From assembly GCA_028534125.1 (NCBI GenBank), contig CM052818.1:16308001-16372000 (forward strand): a stretch of DNA of 64,000 nt, in the 5' to 3' direction. This stretch comes from Lama glama. Taxonomy: Eukaryota. The notes beneath the pieces were generated by a model, which had not been told where the DNA came from, made no database searches, and was given only the letters and a program-made list of their open reading frames with translations. The translations under genes and the position numbers were made by a program. Below, one piece after another: positions 41,201 through 54,644 of this stretch. How positions within the stretch are numbered: position 1 is the first letter of the stretch; the number at the start of each line of letters is the position of its first letter.

Positions 41201-42299
41201 TCAAGTTCCTACTTGATTATAAGAAAATATTTTACACTCAGAAAATAATTATTTATTTTTAAATTGGAATTCAGCAAATAAGACAGCCATGGCACAAAGA
41301 TGAAAAGCTCTAGTTATTGCCATTTTAGGACATAATTTAACAAATTTTGAAAGCTCTGCCCTCATAATTAAACAAATATTGACTTTAATAAATTAATCAC
41401 TTGTTTATAACATTTTGGTTTGAAACAGGAAGAAACAACCCTACAAAGAATTAGTCACTCTTCTCTTAATCCCAGGGTTAGTTACAAGATATGCTAAATA
41501 ATGAAGGATTGCTTTCATTCATTCTACAAAGACTGTACAGTTTATGACATGAGACAGGTTAGAAACTATTTTTATTGCTCACTCTGGGGGAACCGATATT
41601 TCTAAGAATGGGTAACAATGATTAATGGGGAGGAAGACTTCTGCTTTCTTTAATTTTTTAACGTAATTTATTCAAATTTATTATCAGTGAATAAAAATAA
41701 TTTTCACAAGCTTAAGTAAATAAAGAAAATGTCATTACTTTATCCAGTTTTATTCAAATGTTTGTAATTAACTTGTAGAAATCAACTATTTCCTCACATG
41801 TGTTGTTGAATGGCCCTTTAGCACTGGTCTTATTTTCAAACATTCTGCACATATAAAGTCACCATATCAAGGTCTATTACAGTGTTCTATAAATCAAATT
41901 GAACAATCAGTGGTGAATACTTAATTCATATAATCAAAAATGAAAACTGTTTTCGTTGTTCCTACTTTAAAATCCATGAAATCTAAGAACAAGAGACACA
42001 AAAATAAAATCACATCTCCAGACTTAAAACCAGAATAATGGAAAACTCACACTTTAGTATTATGTTACTTTGTGTGTTACTGTTAGGCAAGTTCCTATTA
42101 AATAAGTCAACATATTTAAAACATTAAAATTATATCTATTTTTTGGAAATCATTTCACAAAAATTATCTACTTTCACTAGCTCTTAACACTTCATGATTG
42201 TTTATTTTTCTGTGTGTCAAATGTGTTAGCATTTTCTTCATTGTATTCTGAAACCTAAAAAAAAATTGTGTATCACTAACTCTACCATGGTAAAAGACA

Positions 42300-42995
42300 C
42301 TGATATGGTATGCCATAAAGAATTTGGCTGAAAGTTGTCCTAGGTACCTGTTAATTAACATCTAAACCCTTGGAATTTTCCAAGTGATGAGTGCCTTTGG
42401 TACTTATGGTAGGCTTCTAAGATTATACTTGACAGTTTATGCTAATGAGGTGACTCAGGATGTAGCCATTCACCAACAAACAACCACCATGCAATTATAG
42501 GTTGGGTCATTTAGCACCTCAATATTAGCCTGTAGGAAGAGTAGAGGGACTGAAGATTAATCCAAACCACATGACCAATGATTCAATTAATCATGTCTAT
42601 ATACTGAACTCTCAACAAAATGTCTGGACATGGATTCTTGGTGAGCTTTTTGGTTGAAAATAATTTGCATACTGTCACACATCTACATGCCAGGAGGGTA
42701 ATACATCCTGAGAAAAACGGAAGCTTCCCTGTGGGTGTTTGCTAGACCTCTTCATTTGTACCCTTTTGCTATAATAAGACTGTCATTAAAAGTATAACAT
42801 TTCCCTAAATTTTGAGTCATTCTAGTGAATTATTAAACCTGAACCCCCAAATTTGTATCCAGCTGTTGAGAAGTGAAAGTGGCTTGGGGACTTCCAAACT
42901 TGTGACTGGTATCTGAAACAAGGGCAGTCTCAAGGAGGACTATTCCCTTAACCTGTGAAGTTTGGCCTAACTCTTCATAATTGATGTCAGAAGTC
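42300..42995 (+). mobile_element. MER21-like solo LTR
   Basis: ctaaacccttggaattttccaagtgat, gtttatgctaatgaggtgactcagg, ccaatgattcaattaatcatg and ccccaaatttgtatccagctg match the recalled MER21 consensus. Confidence 0.8.
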
Positions 42996-44227
42996 AGTGC
43001 AGATGGAGATTCCATACATGATTGAGGCATCAGGAACTACCACATCTCCCAAATTCTTCTTTTTGCCAGTGTAGGCTTCAGTTTGCCCATTTAGTATTAG
43101 AGGAATCTTTACTTTCTTTAGTAAATAGATACGATTGGCCACAATCTTTACTAATGGCCACAATATTTATTCTAGAGAAGAGCTAAGACAGAAGATTGTG
43201 TCTATCTACTTCTTAAGGTGTTCCAAATAAAGATTTCCTTAGATAGCTAGCTAGCTTCAAAATAATTCCAAAATTAGTTTGTTTTTAATCTAATATCTCC
43301 CATCTTTTCTCAATCACAAATGAGTATTAATAGAAAACAAAAATGAAGAGAAGGTAGAGTTGAGATATTGAAAAAGAAAGCATAAGAAAGAAAGAAAAAT
43401 AAATGACATAAATATTTGTGCATGATTAGTAAATTACCTCTGAAGATAACTCAACAAGTAAGCCTCAAAATTGAGACAATGCAGCAGCATCTGAAAAGTT
43501 TCATTGCTTTCTAATGATTCTATTTTGCATAGTATTTATTTTGATATTTAAATTCAAATGTGAGTAAGCTCAATCTCAGTGCTCTATTATCGTATGTTAT
43601 TTCTGTTTTTAAAAATCATTGTTAGATGAAAGATGCAGAACCTGGGTGGTGGTTACAATTCACTATAAAAAGATGAAAAATCAGGTCTTGAATATATATA
43701 ACAAACCTAGGATCAAATCCAGGCTATGTTCAATTATGTGTGGTCATGATTAAAGCCAAACTCCAAAATACATAAACTTTTATAGCAACAATGTAGAATA
43801 TAAATAGAAAAAAAAATATGGTGTAAAAAGTGCTAACTGCATGTTAATGAAATAATGCTTTTGTGTGGTTGATGAAATGTAGCTCAAACAACAGAAAGAT
43901 GTTCTATATGGATTTAATAATTTCATCTTTGATGCCAAAATCGTATAGATAAACTTGCCCTGAATATTAGGAAGCAAAATGGAATTGCCTAAGTTTGTAT
44001 TTCAAAAGATAATTCTAAGATTTCTCAAAGTTATCTGCCCAAAGAAGCCCATGAATGTCTAGGTGTTCATATAAACCACCATGTAATGTGTTAAAATATT
44101 AAAAAAATAAAATTATGGAAGTGTATGGTATCACATTATCACTTAGTAAAGCTTCAAATATATTTTAAGTGACTGTTGAGTTTGTTTTGTTTTGTCAATT
44201 TCTAGCTATAGTTGGATGTTTAATACT

Positions 44228-44598
44228 TATATTAGTTTACTCGGGCTGATAGGACAAAATATCTTAAACTGGATAGCTTAACAGAAATTTACTTTCTCAC
44301 AATTTCAAATTCAGGTGTCATTGCTTTTAGGTCAGAGCTCTTTTTCTGGCTTATAGACAGCCACCTTCTTGTGTCCTCACATGGCTGTTTCTCTGTTGTA
44401 TGTGAGTGGAGAAAGAGAACCATATGGTGTCCCTTCCTCTTCTTATAAGGACACCAATCCCACTGGATTTGGCATCCACAGTTATAACTTCATTTAACCT
44501 TAATTACTTTCCAATAGGCCTTAACTCCAAATACCACCACACTGGGGGGTTAGTGTTTCAACATATGAATTCTGGGGAACACAATTCAATCTATAGCA
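44228..44598 (-). mobile_element. MLT1A-like MaLR LTR
   Basis: tatattagttt...tgtcctcacatgg...tcttataaggacaccaatcc...catttaaccttaattac...tttcaacatatgaattctggggaacacaattcaatctatagca. Confidence 0.85.
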
Positions 44599-44778
44599 AC
44601 ACCGCACAATTAAGTTACTTACTGTTTGCAAATCACAGGATTGGATTAAGAAAGTTTTAAATTAGAAGTAGAACTGAGTAACTTAGTTGTGTGTAGATAC
44701 ATTTTGAAAAAAAAACAGCATTCCACATTCATTTTAAAATTTAAAACACTGCCAATATAAATGTTACTTTTTGAAGTA

Positions 44779-45615
44779 TATTCTGAAATCAAGGAGAGTG
44801 GTTCCTCCAGCTCTGTTCTTCTTTCTCACGACTGTTTCAGCTATTTAGGGCTTTTGTGTTTCTGTACAGATTTTAAAATTATTTGTTCTAGTTCTGTGAA
44901 AAATGTCATTGGTATTTTGATAGGGATTGCCTTGGTTAGTATGATCATTTTAACAAGAATTCTTCCAATGCAAGAACACAGTACATCTTTCCATCTGTTT
45001 GTGTCTTACTCAATTTCTTTCATCAGCATCTTATGGTTTTCAGAGCACAGGTAATATTTTACCTCATTAGGTAGGTTTATTCCTAGATATTTTATTCTTT
45101 TTGATGTGAAGGTAAATGGGATTGTTTCTTTAATTTCTCTTTCTGAGAGTTCATTGTCAGTGTACAGGAATACAACAGATTTCTGTATATTAATTTTGTA
45201 TCCTGCAACTTTACTGAATTCATTGATGAGCTCTATTAGTTTTCTCCTGGCATCTTTAGAATTTTGTATGTATTGTATCACATCATCTGTAAACAGTAAC
45301 AGTTTTACTTCCTTCTTTCAAATTTGGATTCCTTTTATTTCTTTTCCATCTCTGATTGCTGTGACTAGTACTACCAAAACTATGTTAAATAAAAGTGGTG
45401 AGAATGGCCATCCTTGTCTTCTTCCTGATCTTAGAGGAAATGCTTTCAGTTTTTCACCACCAAGTATGATAGCTGTGGGTTTGTCATATACGGTTCTTAT
45501 TATATAGAGGTGTGTTCCCTCTATGCCTACTTTCTGGAGAGTTTTTATCATAAATGGATGTTGAACTTTATCAAAAGCATTTTCTATATCTATTGAGATA
45601 TCATATGGTTTTTAT
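44779..45615 (-). mobile_element. LINE-1 ORF2 reverse-transcriptase region running into the assembly gap
   Basis: Translations give IYDKPTA-like, [28 protein letters not shown] (FADD motif, 45282-45293), FSKVAGYKINIQKS and IKYLGINL. The frame is interrupted by stops and frameshifts. Confidence 0.97.
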
Positions 45616-46115
45616 NNNNNNNNNNNNNNNNNNNNNNNNNNNNNNNNNNNNNNNNNNNNNNNNNNNNNNNNNNNNNNNNNNNNNNNNNNNNNNNNNNNNN
45701 NNNNNNNNNNNNNNNNNNNNNNNNNNNNNNNNNNNNNNNNNNNNNNNNNNNNNNNNNNNNNNNNNNNNNNNNNNNNNNNNNNNNNNNNNNNNNNNNNNNN
45801 NNNNNNNNNNNNNNNNNNNNNNNNNNNNNNNNNNNNNNNNNNNNNNNNNNNNNNNNNNNNNNNNNNNNNNNNNNNNNNNNNNNNNNNNNNNNNNNNNNNN
45901 NNNNNNNNNNNNNNNNNNNNNNNNNNNNNNNNNNNNNNNNNNNNNNNNNNNNNNNNNNNNNNNNNNNNNNNNNNNNNNNNNNNNNNNNNNNNNNNNNNNN
46001 NNNNNNNNNNNNNNNNNNNNNNNNNNNNNNNNNNNNNNNNNNNNNNNNNNNNNNNNNNNNNNNNNNNNNNNNNNNNNNNNNNNNNNNNNNNNNNNNNNNN
46101 NNNNNNNNNNNNNNN
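45616..46115. other. Assembly gap (500 N)
   Basis: Run of N. The ORFs 45554-46129 and 45590-46120 are artefacts of it. Confidence 1.
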
Positions 46116-46569
46116 GTCATTTTATATAGCTAGTTGCTGTAGACAGGGTATTTAGTAGTTAATGTTTTTCACTGTTTCGATTGGTAAAAATTATTAAGAA
46201 TTTTAACTTCTGATTATAGTATACTTTTTCTTTAGGTATTTTTAAGGCTGAAATAAAGGTCCTAAGTCTTTTTTGTGAAGAAAAACACTTTGGATTATTT
46301 TATAGGCACCCTTTATGTATTTTGAAATAGTTTTTGCATAGTAAGGCCCAATACAAGGTCTGCTAATGAGCTTCTTTTAATGTATCATATAAATGTAGAG
46401 AACTCCTGTTAACAATCTATTATTAACAGTATGTAGGTGTCCATGCTCCGAAATATTGGTAGGATTCCAACATAAACTCAGTAATTATTCACTTTTTAGT
46501 GTCTTTGTTTCAACTCTTTGTGTATTGTTTTATAAACCCATTTGTATTAAACCCATTGGATTCAAATAA

Positions 46570-46762
46570 TTAGGCTTCTGTGTTAAAACCACCTTTGCTG
46601 AAATACTACTTCTACTATTGAGTACCAACGTCTCAATTTCTTTGCTTCAGCTTCCTTGTCCTTAAAATGAAGCTGTTATAACTAATGAATAAGATATTAT
46701 CTACAAATTGCTTAACACAGTGCTTTGCACATAGTAAGGACTCAGTAAGATTAGTTATTTTA
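46570..46762 (+). mobile_element. MIR SINE
   Basis: gcttcagcttccttgtccttaaaatg...gcttaacacagtgctttgcacatagtaaggactcagtaagattagttatt matches the MIR 3' end. Confidence 0.75.
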
Positions 46763-47644
46763 TTATACTTTCAATATAAAGATAATATCTACCTCACAAA
46801 GCCAAAATTATTTTGTGACATAGCATTTGTATAGAATGTAGCACTCAATATATATTCTAGCAATGATGACAGTACTTCATTCTTTCAAAAAAATTTTTAC
46901 AGAGGTTTTGCACATATATGATGTTAAACTGCCTCCTTAACAATTTAATAAGATACCTCTTAATTTGTATTCTGAGAGTTTGGAACTCAAAAAGAAAACA
47001 TGCTCTTAGCTCTTTTATACTATTTATATATTAAAATGTATTTCTGAGACTTCAGAATGATGCCAAAAAACATTAGACTACAGATTTCAGTGAAATTATA
47101 AACATACACTCAGTTGACATGGGAATGCAGTCAGGAATAAAGGTGAGTCTGTTTCTACTTTGAGAGTCATTTATGGATTAATTTTAACCAGTCCAGTCCA
47201 CACCTTAGCCATACTGCTTTATACCATCTTTCACCTAATTTCAAGATGATCTTCTCTAACATGACTTTAAGCTCAAGCTGAGTTTTAACAAAATTTTAAT
47301 AATACTTCCCTCTAACTTCCCTATATTCAAACTACTTTTAAATTTTCTACCTCTGATATAAGATATTAATAAGCTAGAAAATCATATTTATTTCTTAAAA
47401 CAATTAAAATAAGAGTATATACACATTGACTGATGCCCCAAGAAGTTTACAACTAAACAAATAGGATTTTAATAAAAATATCAACAGGTTTGGTTGTCCT
47501 GGTTGTACTGGTACACTGTTGGGGGTGATGGGGGTAATAAGAGATACTCCTTATAGTTAACTGGCAGTTAGAATTGGTCTCATCAGTGGCCAGAATTTAA
47601 TGATTCAGCAGGTACTAGACAAACTCTGTAACAAGAAGGCAAGA

Positions 47645-50600
47645 TATATTGGTCATGGTCCAGATCTGGTAACAGGTGCCACCCTAAAGATTTCAAGAGA
47701 AAAGTAGTTAATATAGGTAATTGGTAACAAATATTAGAAAGACTTCACTAGACCTTTTCAACATTTGATAAAACCACAGCTTTTGGTTAATTATTTGGTT
47801 AGACTACTATGTCCCATTTCAATGAGCCCATGACTACAGTTATTTTGTTCTGAAATGAATTATTTGTCCAGAAGAAAAGATGTAAAGGGTATCATTCATT
47901 GAATTTATTCTATGACATTCCATTAGTCATTAGACGGTGGTGCTTGCAGAAGTGTCTAGGGCAGAAAAAGGCAAACCACATCAAGAATTAATGTCTATAC
48001 CAGTAAGAACAAACTGCCACCCCCTTCAGGACCCAAGGAGTCTGATAAAATAAGCTGTTTTCGAATGCCTGACCAGTTTTTACTGCTATCATCGACATAG
48101 TAGTGGAACCTGATTGTTTTCTGTAGTTGATAGGGTGGACACTCAGCAGTGGCAAGAAGCAATTAGCTTCAATGAATGGAATCCATGTTGTTTATTTAGC
48201 TCAGCAGAATTTCTTCATCCTCCCTGCCATGGAGACTTTGTAGATGAGCTCACTGAGCAAGAACCCAAGTGTTTAAGAAAGAGGCTATCTGATACAAACA
48301 GAGTAGGTCATCTTGTCTGCTGCCTTTTGAGACCCTCCTAACTAATAGGCACTGTCTAGACATGGATAGGACACAGATACAATATTTTATGCTTTTTGTG
48401 AAAGATTCATCCATGTACCTCTTCAAACATCTTTGGCATCTTCTAATCAAGTTCTGCTCTTTACATATTTTGACCATATAGCCAAACCATGAGCCACTGT
48501 CCAAAATTTAATATAAACCTGTACTCTGATTATCTTTTCATCAAAGCAAAGTGAACAAGATACATTGGTTAAATATATGCCCATTTAAAGGATTTTCTTT
48601 CAATGTCATCTAAAGCTGCTATAATAATTAGTATGTCTTTCCATACTGTACCAAACTATACAGAACAACGTATAAATCCAAATTTAAGTGTCTCCTTCCT
48701 TAGTGCTTTACTCATGGGGAATGTCATATAAAACTACAGATGCGGGTTAAGAGAAATAAATCAATGTGCAAGAATGGGGAACTTAGAACTCTGATTTTCC
48801 TGTTCATGCAATTCACAGTGTCTTCATCATTTGTCCAACTACAATTTAATATGTACTTCTTCCATTAGTTTAAGGATTCTGACAGCACACATCTTATTTT
48901 TATGGCCTGTCAGATCAGGTAACATCACATCGATAGTGTGACACCTGGAATGCATACTCATTGATGTTTCATGGTGAAACACTCCATCCCTATGAGGACC
49001 CAAAAGCAAATTCTCAAAACATAAATAGTATCTGGGGACATGGTTTTCCTGAAATGCCTTAGGGTTGGCATTGTAATTGTATTCTGAGGCTTGTTAAGGG
49101 CTCCATAAATCATTCTTGTCTGCTGGAAACTCTTCGGTGCCATTGGATTTACTGTATCACAACACCCAAGGAACAGAAGATCTCGTGTGCAGCCTGAATC
49201 TGCTGCAGAGCATTAGTTTGCTTTGATCCTCATTTAAACTGCCATTCCAGCAGTCAACTTGGAGCATAACAGTCAAATGTTTAAAGATTGCCTCCAAAAC
49301 GAAAAAGGAAGAATATGGTACCAAGCATTGTGTACGTTAAGTCTGTGTATGTGGGAAATATGTAGTAGTAAAAGATTTATTAACTTTTCTCTCTCTTTTA
49401 AGGAAATATTCTGACAAGCCTTAAGCCACTGGGATGTAAAAATTCACAGAGTAACCAAGAGATTTACAAGATTCTTCTTCAAAGGGATATAACTTCCCTT
49501 CATTAAATGATTCTGGATGTGTAAACTAGCTGCTGTCTGAGAAAAGAGATCCAGACCAGATCCAGAGTCTTCCTGATTATATAGGTCATGTAATATTTTA
49601 CTAGATGAGTATCTATTTCATTACTATGATCAGTTAGATACAAACAACAATCTTTGCATATTAAACCACTTATTTACTGCTCCGGCCCTACTTTCATTAG
49701 AGTAACTATGCCTGCCTCTTTGTCTCTGCCATTCCAAGATCACACTATGCCATTTGAAACTAGGGAGCACATTTTAATGTCCACATTTCCTATCCTCAGA
49801 TTTGCAGAGGGCAGTCAACACAATAAAACTGGTGCTCCACTTACTGATGCATCTTTTAATGTTGGATTGAAGGGGAGAGAATCTAGGCACTCTTGTGGTA
49901 CATATTTGTGATGAAGTTAAACATTCTAGTATCTTTATAATCATCTATTTAATACTAGAGAGTTTCTGTTATCTCAGATTCAATGAACATAGGACAGTTT
50001 TGGATCCAAGCTTTTACCAATTAGTGAAGTTACTCTAGTAAACATATTACTTTTGGAATTGTGTAAAAATACCCAATATCAACAAATACAGCCTGATCCA
50101 ATGTGACACTCTATCTTCCTTGGTCTAGATCTGGATTAGCAAACTTTTTCTTGAAGGATCCAAAAGTAAATATTTTAGGCTTGATGGTCATTAAGGTATA
50201 TGTTATAACCACTCAATTCTATCATGGTAGCACAAAAGCAGCCACTGACATATATACATAAGTGATTATATGGTTGCATTCCAATAAAACTTTATTTACA
50301 AAAACAGATGGGCTACCTAATTCTGTTTTCTGACCCCTACTCTAGAACCCTGAAAATTCACTTCCTAATATATTTACCAGATTTTTACTGAAATAAAATA
50401 GCTATTAAAATATTTTCAGTGATCTCTTCCTGGTTTAGACTCTACATTTGCCTCCCTAGATCAAGCATGACATGATATAACTCTAATTTTGAACCTGGGT
50501 CAATGAGACAGTAAAGGAGTCGGGGTAGGGAGTCGATGCTAATGTATACCCCTTTGAAAGGAGTGAATATACAGCTGATGTTATTACAAGGTCTTCAAAC

Positions 50601-51720
50601 AAAGGAAGGTCAGTCTCCTCAGACAAGGAAGGACCTGTGTTCCCTAGCTGTGGAGGCTCAAAGGAATTGAGTGTTCAAGTTTCTTTGATACGAGTCTTCA
50701 CACATGCCTTCATTACAATTCCCAATGTGCTATCAGTTACCCAATTTTCAATAAGAACAATACATCTATGAATCAACTTACATTTTAATTCTCCTTCATG
50801 CAGAGTCAAATTTTGGGTTTGAAATTTAGGTACAACATTCTTATAATGAGATTAAGATATACTTGTAGCATAATAATGGAAAGTCAGTGGTTCTCATTCT
50901 GTAAATTGTGCTAAAATTTTGAAGCTTGTGCTTGTTCTTCTTCCTCCTAAACTTAACAAGAAATGCTAGCAAGCCTGAGTTTTTGTAATTATCTTTCCCA
51001 CAAAAAAAGTCAATTGCAACAACCAACAATTGTCTCAAAGTCTTGTCTTAAATTGGCACTCATCCTATGAAAAAATAAGTAATGACTTCAATTAACTGTT
51101 TGGTTACTGCATACATTTACATTACCCCATCTTCCTCTGGCAATGAAGTTATTATCACTTTTAAACCTAGTCAAGTCAGAAAACCCAGCCCAGATTGCCA
51201 TCTTTAAAGATCAGTTTTCTAGGACTACTTTCTATTGTAGGTGCAGTAATAGCATCAACTTGAGAAAAAAGAAAGATTTCTAGATATTCCAAATAAAGAA
51301 AGATTTAGTGCAAGGAACTGGCTACAAAGATGTCATAAACAACTGAAGGAATAAAGAAGACAGAGGGTAGTTCCTGAAGAACACATAATAGGAGAAATGA
51401 ATCTTAGGGAGAAGAAGATCATTTCAACACATAAACTTGAACCAACAAATCTGAACTAACCACAGTGTAACCTACTGCATGGCCAATGCTAGAACTACCG
51501 GAGTGGTGCTGAGCAGCAATATTTGAATTTTGAAATGAAACTGCCACCTAAGAAAAAAATAGATTATTTTTCTCTTTCTGACATGTCTCACTTAAAAAAT
51601 CCCATAGTACGCCAGCTGACAATGAATTTGGAAATATGGTCTGCAGGCTTCCAGTCCCCATAATACATAGCAGAGAAAAACTTAAGTGAAAGAGGGGCTG
51701 TAATAAATGAAAAATATCCG
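47645..51720 (-). mobile_element. Decayed ERVL-class (class III) provirus: LTR, gag, pol (RT, RNase H, integrase) and a partial LTR
   Basis: Minus-strand translations match ERVL Pol. The integrase core reads WQFVLTGID...ASTT (~47800-48020) and the zinc finger AQ*AH...ATAECP (~48135-48260). RNase H reads WTVAHGLA.WS (~48470-48510); ALQQIQAA is at 49188-49211 and FWRQ at 49288-49299. LTR-like sequence lies at ~51235-51720 and ~47645-47740. Stops are frequent. Confidence 0.85.
50131..50339 (+). mobile_element. MER58A (hAT-Charlie MITE) nested in the ERVL
   Basis: gcaaactttttc...gtaaatattttaggctt...ccaataaaactttatttacaaaaacag...gacccct, with 8-bp TSD GTCTAGAT/CTCTAGAA (NTCTAGAN target). Confidence 0.9.
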
Positions 51721-53032
51721 ATAAATTGGTAAATAGCCAAGTGACTATGATTATCACAAGTATATTTTAGTAGGATAATAGATAATGTTTCCTGGAGGGC
51801 CAATAGGTCATCATTCAGAAGCTCTGTCTTAGGCAAACAGAGCATAATAGCAATGGTGTGTGATGAAGGGGAGCATGCATCATGATAAACAATGTCTAAT
51901 AATGCTGTCCCAACAGAAAATTATCCAGAAAAACTGAATTTAACGAGGAAAGAATTTTGGTTTAAACAAAAACCTGGAGAGGTAGAAGAGAATTTCTATG
52001 GGGACCAAGTCATTAATTCTTTATTTTTTAAATCTGTAATGAAGAAATCCCATTGATTTTTACTTATAAACATATTGACTTGAGAATAAACATAAGCATG
52101 TAAAAACTCTGCAGTAACTTACAACTTTTTCCTAGTACTAAATCCTGATGTGCGTGTGAAGAGGGGAAGACAACTTATAATGTCTTAACTAGATTGCATT
52201 TGCTTGAGTGAAGTTATTCGTGGTACATATTACTTGTAAGTGAACACAGCTGTATCTCCCCACAAAGGAATATTTGTGGTGGTACTGCTACTGACTATGC
52301 CATCAAATTCCCATAAACAGGAAAAAAGTATGGAATAAGAATATTTCAACACAATGAAAAGGTGATGAGAAAGCTTTAAAAATACAGGAACAATACTAAA
52401 TTCCAATCTGTTCTCTGGGTGGGAATTACCCTTGGAACATCATCACCTAAGCTGAAGTTTAGCTGACAAAATATTATATCTAAAAAGTTATTTCTAATTT
52501 ATTAAGCTCTTTGTAAGAGAGTAAAGATCTATGAGATTAAAAACTGTATCCACCTATTTACTAGCCATTTACTCTTTGATACTTGGAAACACCTCCTTCC
52601 TTTAATTTCCCTCTGGTTGCACCTTCTGGCAAGATTATTTCTATGGGCAGGAAGCCGTTTACATCATACATAAGTAAGGCAAGTTTCCGTATACACCAAT
52701 AAGTGGTCCACACTAGTACACTGTTTCTACTAAATTCTGCAGTATATGGTAAAATGGTAAACTTCTCGGAATTCACCATTATTTGGATTATATTTCCCTA
52801 TTTAGATACAGTTTTAAAAGGGATTCTTTAAAATTATCAGAATTCTAGAATGAAAATACCACATAAAAATCTTTACAACATATATTTACGTAGATTTGCA
52901 ACTATTAATATGTATTTAGATAGATCAAGATGCCAGAAAAGGGGATCAAAAAGGTTATAATTTTCTACGTGTGTGAGTCTGTTTGTTTTGTTCACTTGTG
53001 TCTTTTTTGTTTTTATTTCACACTATAAAATT

Positions 53033-53055
53033 ACTATACTTCAATTAAAAAAAAA
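53033..53055 (+). mobile_element. Extremely 5'-truncated L1 (terminal 14 nt plus poly(A))
   Basis: actatacttcaatt followed by A9 is identical to the L1 terminus at ~22078-22095. Confidence 0.55.
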
Positions 53056-53554
53056 TTAAAAGATTACAATTTGAGTACTCTGATAACCAAACATAACTTT
53101 TGCTCCTTTCATAGCTTGGAATATACTTTAAATTCAAGCTAAAAATAAATAATTTCTTATAAGTTCATTAGAAGTTGGTAATGGAGGATAAGAAAGGGGT
53201 ATTTACCCATACAGATTATGCTATAAGCTAACTTTATCACTAATTTTTCAACATTCTTGGTGTTACTTTTGATACACATGTGTTCCACCTAATAGATCAT
53301 TCAAATATGTGTAAGTAATAAAAATAATTACTAATATCTTAGTACAGTGACTCTAACCCTTAAGGAATAAAATTGCATGACACAGTAACTACACAAGCTT
53401 AACTGTTATTTAAGTTATTTTCTTCCTATGGTCCTCAAAATTGCTCAAATGAACATCATTTGTTTTCCAACATCCCTCTGAGATAGCATATAAAAACAAC
53501 TATATAAAAGAAACAACATCATTCTTTCCAGGAAGATTATAGTTAGCCAAGGAC

Positions 53555-53722
53555 TGCAGTGAAACAGTATAGAAATAGAAAAGATCTAGTAGTCAAGAAA
53601 CTAGTTCCTGCCACTAAACTTAAATAATTTCATTTAATCTTTATGGCTTTAAGTTTTCCCATATATAAAAGGGGATTGTCATTTATTTCAGTGCCTTGTT
53701 GGGTATGCTGAGAATCAAATGA
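53555..53722 (+). mobile_element. MIR SINE
   Basis: gcagtgaaacag...tagttcctgccactaa...tcatttaatctttatggctttaagttttcccatatataaaagggg...gagaatcaaatga. Confidence 0.65.
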
Positions 53723-54644
53723 TTAGCATCACAGCTACAACGTTCTTGAGAAAGTTCAAAGGGTGATGATAAAGTCAGGATAATATAGCACACACAGTCA
53801 GGACATAATGTTGCTGTCACCAAAGATTGAGTTTTCTGGTCCCATTCAGTGCAGAGGATCATACAAGTGATGAGTCATACCTAGGCAAACACAGTAAGAA
53901 TACTACATGGAGAGCCCTTTAAAAATAACCCACCCTCCAAGATTAGTAATATACTTTGTATTAGTGATGAATTCTGACAAAACTGTATATAATCAATCAG
54001 TATCTGTTGTTTACTCCAAAGGTAGAGCAGAATGAACAATAATAGCACAGTGTGAAGTAATTACCAAGAATATTAAAGAGGCAGAATGGCTTGGCACACA
54101 GCCTAACAAAAACTCGGTTAAGGAATCTGAAGGAAAATATTCGCTCAAAGCCCACTTAAAACCATTTGCCTAAAAGGAAGGAAATAAATACCTGTTTATT
54201 ATGATTTGGAAGACATGGAAAAAAATCACAAAATAACCTTGATCCCAGAGTAAATATTCAATTACAATATAACTACTTACTTAATGATCTTTTAAGAAGA
54301 GACATATTTTAGCCTCAAGGTATGCAAATGTTTATGAAGATTTCCACAAAATCATAGTCAGCTGACCTATAAATACAGGCTCTGTTTTGAAGAAAGTAGA
54401 AAGAGCAGTTGCTATATATTCCATCTTATTTTGATCATTGGGGAGTTCTTTCTGCAATTCTATACAGAAAAGTATTTAATATTTTCTTAAAATAAGTGTT
54501 AATCATTTCTTTTTTGTAACAAGACAATAATAGTTGGGAATATTCATGATTATAAGAACATATATTCTGCATATATATGAAACATGATATATTTAATTGA
54601 ATAAATATTGACAATTTTTGATAAGCAACTTACATCAGAGCTTT

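Noticed and set aside
44761..45507. Plus-strand ORFs of 97 and 133 aa
   Set aside because: These are antisense frames of L1 ORF2.
47091..47149. Strong donor AAG|GTGAGT with a short open frame upstream
   Set aside because: An isolated splice motif is expected by chance in 64 kb.
52561..52779. Minus-strand 72-aa ORF with an acceptor-like site and a few CpGs
   Set aside because: No recognisable homology and no partner exons; it cannot be supported as coding.
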